Assembly (NCBI RefSeq): GCF_004010195.1
Contig: NC_057758.1
Span: 7,529,562-7,562,396 of the forward strand
Direction of reading: 5' to 3'
Source: Chiloscyllium plagiosum
Taxonomy: Eukaryota
DNA: 32,835 nucleotides
Shown: piece after piece, positions 22,521 through 32,835 of the stretch
How positions within the stretch are numbered: the stretch's first letter is position 1
Layout: each line of letters opens with the position of its first letter
The notes under the pieces: generated by a model
Seen by the model: the letters and a program-made list of their open reading frames with translations, nothing else
The model's database searches: none
What the model was told of the DNA's origin: nothing
Program-made: the position numbers and the translations under genes

Positions 22521-23385
22521 CAGAACATAGGACATAGAACAATACAGCTCAGTACAGGTCCTTCAGCCCTCGATGATTCGCCGAACTGTGGAAACAATCT
22601 TACATCCATTTATCACACACTTTTCCATTTTCAAAACATGTGCTTATCCAATGACGATTTAAATGCCCTTATATTTGCGAACGTACTAATGTCGGAGGCA
22701 GTACTTTCCACGTCCCTACTGCTCTCTAAATAAAGAAAATATCTCTAATATCTGTCCCACATCTACGTACCCTCGTGTTCGCCATCACCATCCGAGAAAA
22801 ATGGCTTTCAAAGTCCCAACCATCTAACCTTCTGATTTATCTTGTACGTTTAACCTCTCAAAGTTCTTCTTCTGAAGAAAACAGCCTCAGGTGCCACAGC
22901 AAATTTCTCATAAGACCTTCCCTCCATAGGAGAAAGTGAGGGCTGCAGATGCTGGAGATCAGAGCTGAAAATGTGTTGCTGGAAAAGCGCAGCAGGTCAG
23001 GCAGAATCCAAGGAACAGGATAATCAACGTTTCGGGCATAAACCCTTCTTCCCTCCATACCCAACATCTTCGTAAATCTCCTTTGAATCCTTTCCATAGC
23101 TTGCACATCCTTCCTGTAATGTGGTGACCAGACCTGTGCACAATACTCTAAAAGCGGCTGCACCACAGTTTTAGCACAATTGCAGCATGCCTTCCTGGCT
23201 CTGAAACTCAAACCCTCGATCAATAACGGCGAACTAATCCTATGTTGCAACATTCCAAGATCTATGTACATCAAAACCGAGATCGTCCTCCTCATCTGCA
23301 CGGCCAAAAATCTTACCATAAGCTCAGTACTCTTTCTTATTGTTACTCCTTTCAAAATGAATCAACTCACACATTTCCGCTTTTT
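22521..23385 (-). mobile_element. 5'-truncated CR1 LINE, interrupted by a PLE-derived insert
   Basis: AGAACATAGGACATAGAAC tail. Minus ORF QPLLEYCAQVWSPHYRKDVQAMERIQRRFTKML. Confidence 0.85.
22929..23047 (-). mobile_element. Short Penelope-derived terminal-repeat element with truncated hammerhead
   Basis: Minus strand GAAGAAGGGTTTATGCCCGAAACGTT...CTGCCTGACCTGCTG...CCAGCATCTGCAG. Flanked by a 12-bp direct repeat CTTCCCTCCATA (22917-22928, 23048-23059). Confidence 0.75.
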
Positions 23386-23433
23386 ATTTCCCTTGTCGTT
23401 GTGGTTCTGTTCGCAGAGCTGGGAATATGTGTT

Positions 23434-23473
23434 GCAGACGTTTCGTCCCCTGTCTAGGTGACATCCTCAGTGC
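23434..23473 (-). ncRNA. Minimal type I hammerhead ribozyme
   Basis: GCA-CUGAGGA-U-GUCACCU-AGAC-AGGGGAC-GAAA-CG-UC-UGC: CUGANGA and GAAA core, stem II, palindromic mini stem III, stem I GCA/UGC. Confidence 0.75.
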
Positions 23474-23690
23474 TTGGGAGCCTGCTATGAAGCGCTTCTG
23501 TGATCTTTCCTCCGGCATTTGTAGTGGATGAATCTGCCGCTTCCAGTTGTCAGTTCCAGCTGTCTGCTGCAGTGGTCAGTATACCAACCACTGCAGCGGA
23601 CAGCTGGAACTGACAACCGGAAGCGGTAGATTCAAACCACTACAAAATCCAGAGAAAAGATCACAGAAGCGCTTCACAGGAGGCTCACAA

Positions 23691-23730
23691 GCACTGATGA
23701 TGTCACCTAGACAGGGGACGAAACGTCTGC
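23691..23730 (+). ncRNA. Minimal type I hammerhead ribozyme
   Basis: GCA-CUGAUGA-U-GUCACCU-AGAC-AGGGGAC-GAAA-CG-UC-UGC. Predicted cleavage after C23727. Confidence 0.8.
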
Positions 23731-23809
23731 AACACAAATTCCCAGCTCGGCGAACAGAACCACAACAACGAGCACCCGAGCTGCAAGTCTTCTTACAGAA
23801 TTTCCCTTC

Positions 23810-24375
23810 TCGAATTAATCCTCTGCCCTCTCATTCTAGCGGCTACCAAACCAGCGAAAACGTTTTGTCTATTTACACCAACCATGCTCCTTAAGAGTTT
23901 ATCAAACTCCATAAAGACACAAATCAGACTCCAAAACTTCAAGAAAAAACAAAAACAGTGCCAGCCCTTTCAGCCTCTTCCTGTAGCTTAAGCCCTCCAA
24001 TCTGGCAGCATCCTTGTAAATTTTATCTGAACACTTTGAAGTTGCACAAAATCCTTCTGATAGGAGGGAGAATAGGAGGAAGAATATTGCACGAAACATT
24101 CCAAGTGTGGCGTATCCAATGTTCTGTACAACCACAACACGACTTCCCAATTCCTGTGCACAATGGTCTGAATAATAAATGATAGCATACGAAATTCCTT
24201 GTGCACTACCCTATCGACCTGAGACTTCACTTTCAAGAAATTAAGGACCTGCGCTCCATATCCTCTTTGGTCAGCAACGCTCCTCAGCACCTTACTGTTA
24301 CGTTTATATGCCCTTCCCTGTTTTGCCTCACCAAAATGCAGCATTTCACAACTATATAATTTATACTGCACATTT
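23810..24375 (-). mobile_element. CR1 RT C-terminal fragment
   Basis: CEMLHFG, LYRTLDTPHLECFVQ, VQIKFTRMLP. Confidence 0.8.
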
Positions 24376-24379
24376 ACAA

Positions 24380-25258
24380 GAAGGAATAATTGAAAGTAAA
24401 CTGGATTGGCACGAGAATCCTGGGAGTAAAGATTGATAGTTGCACTCGGGAGAGTTTAAGTTAGAGTGCCAGGGAGGGTTAGGTCGTAACCAGAGCAACA
24501 GGTCACTAAATATGAAGACTGTATTATTGGTTCAAAAGGATATCACAGCTGTGTTGAGGGAGGTATCCTTTGAATGATTTTGCTGTGAGTCAATGTCATC
24601 AAACCTCCAGCGGGATAGTTGTGGAAATAGTGGTCATAATTCCATAAGATTTTAAATTCTTCTGGAGAAGGACAACACTCGACATCAGATGAAATTGTTA
24701 AGTTTTAACTCTAATCGAATTAGGCAAAACGCAGATATTGTGGTTGAGGATAGTCTGTTTGAGTGTAAATCAATATCTGACTGCTGGGACCTTTCTATAC
24801 CAACGGCCTTGAGTGCTGGACTGCCACGTTCCTGTAAAAACGATGGATAAGAATGACTCGGGGACCTTGGATGACATGTTTTCAAATTCATCAGAAAAGG
24901 GAGCAGACCCAATGTATGAGCAATCAAAACATAGAACAGGTATTGAAGACTATAGCGAACCTAGGAAGGAAGTCGAACCGGGAGGTAAGAGATCAAAAAG
25001 AGTCCATGAAATTTGCTTGGCCAACAAAGTTAAGGGGATTCCTTAGGCAATCTTATACATGTGATGTGTAGGAGCAAGAGGGTAGCTCGGGGAAGACTCA
25101 TGAATAAAGTAATGAGGTTATGTGCAGTAACACATGAATGGGTAAGATCCTTAATGAGTACTTTGCATCAGTGTTCTCCAAAGAGGAGTACATGAGGATA
25201 ATTGAGGTTAGGAAAAAGTGCGTGAATACTCTCAAGCAGTACAATCTAGTGACGGAGA
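24380..25258 (+). mobile_element. Highly decayed CR1 (ORF1 end, endonuclease pieces, ORF2 linker)
   Basis: MGKILNEYFASVFSKE and HEICLANKVKGIP linker motifs. ORF1-end-like sequence at about 24390-24470. Confidence 0.6.
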
Positions 25259-25259
25259 T

Positions 25260-25745
25260 AGTATGGAATGCAGATGCTGGAAAGTCAGACTTAATAAAAT
25301 GTGGAGATGAATTAAGTCCAGCAGAGACGCAGCAGAGTAAACGTTCTGGCAAGATCCTTCATCAAGGCTGGGAGGGAAAAGTAGGCTGAGAAATAGAGAA
25401 AATGGGATAGGGCTCGGGGAAAGGGAACTAAATAGGCCGTAGGTGGAATGGCGTTCATGGATGATCGCAAAGGTAAGGGAAGATGGACGGATTCGGTCTG
25501 GTCAAGGAAGCGGTGTGGAGATTATTGAGGCGCTTTGAAAGTTGGAGAATTCTATATGAGATCATAAGGTTGTAAGCTCCAGAACTGGAAGATGAGATGT
25601 TCTTCCAACAGTTTGTGTGTGGCCATATTTTGATGGCTGAATAGACCAAGGATGGACATGTCACTGAGGGAGTCGAGGAGGGGTGGTCGGTGGGGGTTGA
25701 AGTAGCTCTCCACCGGTAAGTGGGGTTGATTGGAGCGTTCAGACT
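25260..25745 (-). mobile_element. Penelope-like 3' region and terminal repeat (degenerate hammerhead)
   Basis: ATGCAGATGCTGG terminus shared with 22929. Minus strand TTGATGAAGGATCTTGCCAGAACGTT. The ORF resembles the GIY-YIG C-terminus. Confidence 0.6.
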
Positions 25746-25749
25746 GACG

Positions 25750-26145
25750 AGTTCAAATCGTTCATCAACTTCACCCACCCCTGGCTTCAAATTGACCCGA
25801 GCCGTCTCTGACAACTCCATTCCTTTCCTGGAAATCTACATCTCCGACAGTCAACGTAGCATTCACATCAATTTCAAAGTCACCGACTCTCACAGCTGCT
25901 CCAACCCTCCCTCTGAAAAGATGCGATCCCATTATCCCATTTCCTTCTGCCTCCTCTATCCATGCTCCCAGAATGACGATTCCACTCCGGGACATCCTAA
26001 GTGTCCTCATACTTCAAGGACCGTAATTTTCCCTCCTTCGTAATCAATGATGTCCTCAACTGCATCTCCTTCATCTCCCTCAATCCTGCATTCAAATGCC
26101 CCCACGACCCACCATAACAAGGACAGAGTTCCATGGGTGCCCACA
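25750..26145 (+). mobile_element. Penelope-like RT fragment
   Basis: PGFKLTRAVSDNSIPFLEIYIS (PFLD-like motif) and FKVTDSHS (KPT-like motif). Confidence 0.7.
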
Positions 26146-26154
26146 TTCAAGTAG

Positions 26155-26443
26155 ATTTTACATTAGATTCCCTAAACTATGGAAACAGTCCCTTTGGTCC
26201 AAAAAGTCCAGCCCGATCCTCCGAAGAGTAACCCACCCAGACACATTTCCCTACATTTATCCCTAACTAATGCACCTAACACTTTGGGCAATTTAGCATA
26301 TTCACCGGTCCAACACATTTTTGGATTGTCGGAGGAAACCGGAGGAAACTCATGCAGACGCGGGGAGAATGTGCGAACTCCATACAGATAGTTGCCCGAG
26401 GTGGGTACCTGGCGCTGTGAGGTAGTATTGCTAACCACTGACC
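26155..26443 (-). mobile_element. HE1/V-SINE-like SINE
   Basis: Reverse complement has CAGTGGTTAGCAATACTACCTCACAGCGCCAGG, GTTCGCACATTCTCCCCG and a CR1-like tail. 5' end cut by the gap. Confidence 0.88.
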
Positions 26444-26943
26444 NNNNNNNNNNNNNNNNNNNNNNNNNNNNNNNNNNNNNNNNNNNNNNNNNNNNNNNNN
26501 NNNNNNNNNNNNNNNNNNNNNNNNNNNNNNNNNNNNNNNNNNNNNNNNNNNNNNNNNNNNNNNNNNNNNNNNNNNNNNNNNNNNNNNNNNNNNNNNNNNN
26601 NNNNNNNNNNNNNNNNNNNNNNNNNNNNNNNNNNNNNNNNNNNNNNNNNNNNNNNNNNNNNNNNNNNNNNNNNNNNNNNNNNNNNNNNNNNNNNNNNNNN
26701 NNNNNNNNNNNNNNNNNNNNNNNNNNNNNNNNNNNNNNNNNNNNNNNNNNNNNNNNNNNNNNNNNNNNNNNNNNNNNNNNNNNNNNNNNNNNNNNNNNNN
26801 NNNNNNNNNNNNNNNNNNNNNNNNNNNNNNNNNNNNNNNNNNNNNNNNNNNNNNNNNNNNNNNNNNNNNNNNNNNNNNNNNNNNNNNNNNNNNNNNNNNN
26901 NNNNNNNNNNNNNNNNNNNNNNNNNNNNNNNNNNNNNNNNNNN
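26444..26943. other. Assembly gap
   Basis: 500 N. Confidence 1.
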
Positions 26944-27444
26944 CCTGGTGACATTGCTTTCATGGGGTTTCAGCTCAGATGGAGAAATGAATTATCACTT
27001 GTCTATCGTCTCACTTAAATATGACTACAATTGTAGTTTGTGAGCTCTGGTGGGTGCAGAAGACTTGTCCACACACACAACAAGTGAGCGATCCTTTCCC
27101 ACCATAACCGGAGCCTTTTCCTTTCATGTTCAAACTCTGATCAAGTTCTATTTCGGATAAAATGCGCGACTTCTTCTTATCACGGTGGGGTGATTGTTTA
27201 TTAAAACTTCCCCTTCTAATATGCTGTGAAATTGATGTTATAATTTTTTAAAAATCAAGAGAATGAGAAAGAATCTCTCACAGACTGTCGATTGTGCCTG
27301 AAGCTAGGATTGAAGTTATGGGATTGAGGCACCAACAATTTGACAGGAAATTTGCAAGAATCTTTCAGACACACAGCCTCCACTTCTGAGAAGGAGCCGG
27401 TCAACAGGTGGATGTGATCACCATCAAATCCCTGTTTGCTCGAG

Positions 27445-27570
27445 GTCAAACACTGTCCGGACTCCTCTGATATCATGTCCTGTTGGAGCAGACATTTCCT
27501 ACAATTGAATCGTGCAAAAGTGAGGCCTCTATCTTCATTCCCCAACACAAATCCACTGCCTTGCCACTGA
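27445..27570 (+). mobile_element. L2-clade LINE RT fragment
   Basis: Frameshifted SDIMSCWSRHFLQLNRAK / SEASIFIPQHK resembles the L2 pattern DIxxWMSxNFLQLNxxKTE. Confidence 0.55.
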
Positions 27571-27571
27571 G

Positions 27572-27668
27572 TAGAGATTGTGGACTTGGAAAGGCACAGC
27601 AGGGCAGGCAGCACCCGAGAAGAAGGAGAATCGACGTTTCAGGCAAGAGCGCTTCATTTGGAATGAGG
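27572..27668 (-). mobile_element. Penelope-derived terminal repeat with degenerate hammerhead
   Basis: Minus strand CCAAATGAAGCGCTCTTGCCTGAAACGTCGATTCTCC. Homologous to 22929-23047. Confidence 0.65.
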
Positions 27669-27669
27669 C

Positions 27670-28737
27670 TTGTGAGCCGAGGCGGTACAGATACAAATAG
27701 GAGGAGGCAAGGTATCTGAGAGTGAGATGTGAGTAATGTAAGATTGGTAATATAACGAGTTTTTTTATTCTTTGTTTTTTCCACAGTCTCTTTGGGAATT
27801 TAGAATCGTGGGAATGGAGGTGAGGGCATTTGAATGTTCCTCCTGCCGAATGTGGGAGGTAAGGGTCATGACTAGCGTCCCTGCTGACTACATTTGCGGG
27901 AAGTGCACCCAACTCCAGCTCCACGAAAACCGCGTTAGGGAACTGGAGCGAGAGCTGTATGAATTTTGGATCATTCGGGTGGCAGAGAGGGTTATTGAGG
28001 GGAGTTACAGGGAGGTAGTATCTCCTCAGGTATAAGTAAAAGGCAAAATGATTACAGTCAGGGGACGGAAGTGGAACCGGTAGGCACTGCAGGGATACCC
28101 TGTGGCCATTCCTCTCGACAATAAGTATACCGTTTTGAATAATATTGTGGGGGACGACTTACCAGGGGAAAACAGAGGGGCACAGGGCTATGGTACAGTG
28201 TCTGTCCTTGCTGGTTAGAAGGGAAGGGGGAAGAGGAGCAGAGCAGTAGTCAGTGGGGACTCCATAGTTAGGGGACAGATAGAAAGTTCTGTGGGGATGG
28301 AAGAGACTCACGGTTAGTGTGTTGCCTCCCAGGTGCCAGGGTTCGTACTGTCTCTGATCGTGTTTTTGGGATCCTTAAGTGGGAACGGGAGCAGCCCCAG
28401 GTCATGGTCCATCGTGCACCAACGATATAGGTAGGAAGAGAGATGGGGATTTAAGGCAGAAATTCAGGGAGCTAGGAAGCTTAGAGCTCGGACAAACAGA
28501 GTTGTTGTCCCTGTTTTGTTGCCCGTGTCAAGTGCTAGTGAGGCGAGGAATAGGGAGAGATTGGAGTTCAACACGTGGCTACAGGGATGGTGCAGGCGGG
28601 AGGGTTTTGGATTCTTGGATAATTGGGGCTCTTTCTGGGGTAGGTGGGACCTGCACAAGCAGGATGGTCTTCGTCTGAACCAGAAGGGTACCAATATCCT
28701 GGGGGGGAAATTCGCTAAGTCTGTTTACAGAGACTAG
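27670..28737 (+). mobile_element. CR1 5' UTR and ORF1 (ATG 27814), 3'-truncated, disrupted
   Basis: MEVRAFECSSCRMWE...YICGKCTQLQL, VSGDSIVRG, CCLPGARV, KQDGLRLNQKGTNILGGKF. Confidence 0.88.
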
Positions 28738-28924
28738 TGGAAGGGGGTGATGGGCTGTGGTGAGGGGAAGAATGATGGAGGCTGTCCCACCACATGGGAG
28801 CTGCCATATTTGATGCTGGCAGCTCCTGAACCTGGTTGGAAGTGAATCCGATGATATCTTCGAAGATGCAGCTGTGCTTGTGCAGACCCTCAGTGATCAA
28901 CAGCTCCTCTCTTGTACGTCACAG

Positions 28925-29445
28925 GGTGTGTGGTCTGTTACCGGGAAAACCGGGGTCACAATAGTCAGGGGGTGGTATCTGTTACTGGGGTAATCAGAGT
29001 AACAATGGTTAGTGGGCGGTATTTGTTACCAGGGAAACCAAGGTCACAGTAGTCAGGGGATAGGATCTGCTACCACGGATAAAAGGTTCACAGCTGTAAG
29101 GGGTCGTGGCCTGTTACCGGGGAAATCGGGGTCACAATGGTCAGGGTCGGGGTCTATTACTGGGGCAACCTGAGTCGCAGTGGTCGGTGGGTGCAGGGTT
29201 TGTTACTGGGAATACCGAGTTCATAGTCATGAGGCGGCGGTGTGTGCAACAGGGTTCAGAGAGGTCAGAGGGCGGGTTCTATAACCAGGGACATAAATTT
29301 CAGAGTCAGCATGCTGTCACCAGCGAGACTGAAGTCAATGGAAGGGGCCTGTTATGAGGGACATTGGCGTCAGAAAGATCGGGGTGGAGCCTGTTACTGG
29401 GGACATAGGGGTACGCAAGTGTCAGGGGTCAGGGTCACAAAGGAG
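28925..29445 (+). repeat. Degenerate G-rich minisatellite, unit about 39-40 bp, about 12 copies
   Basis: Recurring CTGTTAC(C/T)GGG...GGGGTCACA.TAGTCAGGGG. Confidence 0.8.
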
Positions 29446-29499
29446 GTGTAGTAGAGGAGGCGGTGTGTGAGCCCACACTTTCTATTTCCACTGTAACAG

Positions 29500-30770
29500 A
29501 TTAGTACCAATGGTGTTGGGGAAGAACATTAACATGGACCGAGGATTGACCAACTCCACAGAACAGAAAGGGGCCGAGGGGGTGCGGGGGTGTATTTTCA
29601 GGATGGCAATCTGTAACTAGTGGAGTGCCACAGTACTGGGACCACAGTTATTTGGGTGATGGAAGTGAATGCACTGTCACCAAGTTGGTTAACCATTGGG
29701 AAGGCAGGTGGGGAGAATGTCAGTGTCTGCAGAACTTTCTCGACAGGTCAAATGTGTGGGTGAAAACTTTTCATGTGGAATATAAGGAGGAGAAATGTCA
29801 GGTGGTGTACTTTGACAGGAAGACAAGAAGAGTTGAATACGATTTAAATGGAGAAAGACTGCAGAAAGCTACAGAACAGAGGGATTTGGAAATCTGCACC
29901 TGTGAATCATAAAAAGCCAGCATCTCAGTTCAGTGGGTATCAGGGAAGACAAATGGAATGCTGGAACCAATATCAAAAATTGCTGGAAAAATACAGTTCT
30001 AAAGAAGAGTCACTGGACCTGAAGTGTTAACTCTGTTTTCTCACCACAGATGCTGCCTGACCTGCTGAGTTCTTACATCAATTTCTGAATTATTTTCTGA
30101 TGTCCAGCAACCACAGTCCTTTGTTCGTTTTTAATGCAATGTTGGTCGTTATTTGAATGGGAATGTTGCATAGCGAAAGGGAGGTTTTGCTGAAATTATT
30201 CAAGACAGTTGTCAGACAACAGCTGGAATGTTGTGGATAGTTTTGGTCTCTTTATCTAAGGAAAAGTAGACAGTCTAGAGCGGTTTCACTCGGCTAATCG
30301 CAGGGATGGAGGAACTGTCTAATGGGGAGTAGTTGAGTCGGTTGGCTGTGCACTCATTGGAATTTAGAAGAATGTGATGTGACTTTATTGAAATTGACAA
30401 GATTCTTCAAGTACTTGCCAGGGGTGGCGTGGAAAGTTTGTTTCCCCTTGTGGGAGTGTTGAGGATTAGAGAATATACTCTCAGAATAAAGGGAAACCCA
30501 TTTCAGACTGAGATGAGGAGGAACATCTTCCCTCTGAGGGAAGTGAATCTATGGAATTCTTTCCCACAGACTGCTGTCGAGGCTGAATCATGGAATATAT
30601 TCAAGGCTGAGAGAGACAGGTTGTTTAATCAGGAAGGGAATGGAGGGGTTATGGGGAAAAGGCACGATTGTAGAATAGAGGCTGATTAGATCGATCATGA
30701 TCCCATTGAATGGTCGAACAGAGTCAATGGGATGAGCGTCATTCATTTTCTTCTGTGCCTTTTGGTCTTA
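29500..30770 (+). mobile_element. Old CR1 RT C-terminus and 3' UTR
   Basis: VTSGVPQ, KCQVVYF, EQRDL, TEMRRNIFPLREVNLWNSFPQ, and a 3' UTR with ATGATCCCATTGAATGG. Confidence 0.8.
29972..30132 (+). mobile_element. Penelope-derived short insert within CR1
   Basis: CAGATGCTGCCTGACCTGCTGAGTT motif shared with other PLE termini. Decayed hammerhead-like CTAAAGA...GAAGTG. Confidence 0.55.
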
Positions 30771-31050
30771 ATATCTCTATTTGGGCAGACATTATCAAGC
30801 AATGGCAATCTTACGCACATTGCTATTCTGCCAAATATTCCTTTATTCTAGAAAGGAGCAGACAAACCATTTCAGACCGGAAATACTGCTCAGGGTTCCT
30901 TCTGAAACAGGCCCATAGAAACATTTCAATATGAGTATATCTGCAATTATATGCTAGCAAAAACAATTTAGTATTTAAGATTACCGTTATAAACTCTGGG
31001 AATCTGAACATCCAATTCCCCAGTTCATGTTATCCAAATGAGGACACATA

Positions 31051-31570
31051 GATAGAACATAGAACATAGAAGAACACAGCGCAGTACAGGCCCTTTGGCC
31101 CTCGATGTTGCGCCATCTAACCTACACTAGTCCACTATCCTCCATATGCCTATCCAATGCCCGACAAATGCCGATAAAGAGGGATAGTCCACCACTGCTA
31201 CTGGCAGGGCATTCCATGAACTCACGACTCGCTGAGTAAAGAACCTACCCCTAACATCTGTCCTATACCTACCACCCCTTAATTTAAAGCTATGCCCCCT
31301 CGTAATAGCTGACTCCATACGTGGAAAAAGGTTCTCACGGTCAACCCTATCTAAACCCCTAATCATCTTGTACACCCTAAACCTTCTTTTCTCCAATGAA
31401 AACAACCACAAGTGCCTCAGTGTTTCCTCATACGATCTTCCTACCATACCAGGCAACATCCTGGTAAACCTCCTCTGCACTCGTCCCAGTGCCCCCACAT
31501 CCTTTCTATAGTATGGCGACCAAAACTGCACACAATACTCCAGATGCGGCCGCACCAGAGTCTTATACAA
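31051..31570 (-). mobile_element. Young 5'-truncated CR1
   Basis: Open ORF2 C-terminus LYKTLVRPHLEYCVQFWSP...TRGHSFKL, (AGAACAT)n tail, possible TSD ATAGATA (31048-31054, 31570-31576). Confidence 0.93.
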
Positions 31571-31681
31571 TAGATATAGGCAGGACAATAAAGTCTTCTC
31601 TTGGAACAATTGCTGTTGACAGTTTATTGAAATAATTTATTCTAAAATATGAATGATATGGTATATTAGAATATAGATATT

Positions 31682-32330
31682 TGTGACATTCCTGTCCTGC
31701 TTAAATTGCTACACTTTTTTAAATCTAATATTAAAAATAATTCATTTGACACAACAAGATTGAGAGAAAACTGCCCTCACAATCATGTCTAATTTCTTTC
31801 GAATGCCTTTGTCTCAACTTTTGAATAGAGAGTTAGTGACGTCACAGCTCCCTGCGGCTGTGCACGGGAAAACCCATTATTCTCACAGTTATTACAGAAG
31901 CTAATGAATTCAAACGAGACTGAGCATTCCTCAATGTAAATGTCTTTTAGATCAAAGTTAACAGAGAACATGGACCAGGCTTCTGTACTGATTGGAACTT
32001 ACAGTTTATCACAAGAAATCAGACTCTAGCTACAGCCAAACTATTATGAGCCATCAGCCCCGAACCCAACGAATTAAACGTCTAATCCTTAGAGACCCAT
32101 TCTTATTCACAACATCAGGGGAATTGCTTTCAAATCATGCATCAATCCTCCACTTATCCTCTGTTTTTAAACAGGCTCTTTTCTCATTTTAAGGCCACTG
32201 TTATACTCCAGATTTGATCAAAGATTGTATGCCTTCAAAGCATGAAATGCAATTTCAAAAATGCATTTTGATGCAAAAACAATTACATACAAAAATATAC
32301 AAACCATTTATTCTTTTTCCCCCTCTTACA
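31682..32330. mobile_element. Possible solo LTR
   Basis: TGTGA...TTACA ends and an internal TGACGTCA, but no convincing TSD. Confidence 0.25.
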
Positions 32331-32487
32331 TTGTTATACAATTCGAGCATTCCTTAAACATTTCCCGTATTCCAGCATTTAACACTTGGGACAATACATG
32401 AGTAATTACATTCCGCGGTCCAGCAATATTAACAATCTCGACCATAAGTGGTTGCAACAATAGATTCCATCAGAATAGACTTGCATT

Positions 32488-32835
32488 AGACATAGAACAT
32501 AGAACAGAGAAGAATACAGCGCAGTACAGGCCCTTTGGCCCTCGATGTTGCGCCGATCCAATCCCACCAAACCTACACTAGCCCACTATCTTCCATATGC
32601 CTATCCAATGCCCGCTTAAATGCCCATAAAGAGGGAGAGTCCACCACTGCTACTGGCAGGGCATTCCATGAACTCACGACTCGCTGAGTAAAGAACCTAC
32701 CCCTAACATCTGTCCTATACCTACCACCCCCTAATTTAAAGCTATGCCCCCTCGTAATAGCTGACTCCATACGTGGAAAAAGATTCTCACTGTCAACCCT
32801 ATCTAAACCCCTAATCACCTTGTACACCTCTATCA
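32488..32835 (-). mobile_element. Young CR1 3' end, same subfamily as 31051-31570 (runs off window)
   Basis: (AGAACAT)n tail. ORF YKVIRGLDRVD...TRGHSFKL...ALDRHMEDSGLV*. Confidence 0.93.

Larger units (their letters stand above)
23392..23803. mobile_element. Fold-back Penelope-like terminal repeat (inverted pLTR pair)
   Basis: Arms 23392-23576 and 23587-23772 are reverse complements around a 10-nt loop. Flanked by ATTTCCCTT (23386-23394, 23800-23808). Confidence 0.85.

Noticed and set aside
26172..27018. Long ORFs of 263 and 208 aa
   Set aside because: They span the N gap, and the real part is SINE sequence.
28925..29445. CRISPR-like periodic array
   Set aside because: Whole units are degenerate copies without unique spacers, and the context is eukaryotic.
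31836..31843. Perfect CRE site TGACGTCA
   Set aside because: A single 8-mer is expected by chance in 33 kb, with no supporting promoter evidence.
31051..32835. Two near-identical CR1 ends as a segmental duplication
   Set aside because: Similarity is confined to the element and each has its own indels, consistent with independent young insertions.

Overview
Vertebrate genomic DNA, inferred to be shark/elasmobranch from HE1/V-SINE-like elements and the CR1 subfamilies present. It has two N-gaps and is almost entirely nested, decayed retroelements; no intact host gene is recognisable. Contents: many CR1 LINEs (three retain ORF1 with zinc finger and SGNH esterase, one is near full-length), a Tx1 3' end, an L2 scrap, three tRNA-derived SINEs and several Penelope-like (PLE) pieces. 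One PLE piece is a fold-back carrying intact-looking minimal hammerhead ribozymes on both strands (23392-23803). There is also a Gmr1-type Gypsy element with integrase upstream of RT, whose 5' part is duplicated across an assembly gap, and a minus-strand retrovirus-like remnant (retroviral-type RNase H, integrase, PPT, 3' LTR; 8223-10560) that may be a lokiretrovirus/spuma-related ERV. Family names come from recalled motifs, not database searches, and most boundaries are approximate.
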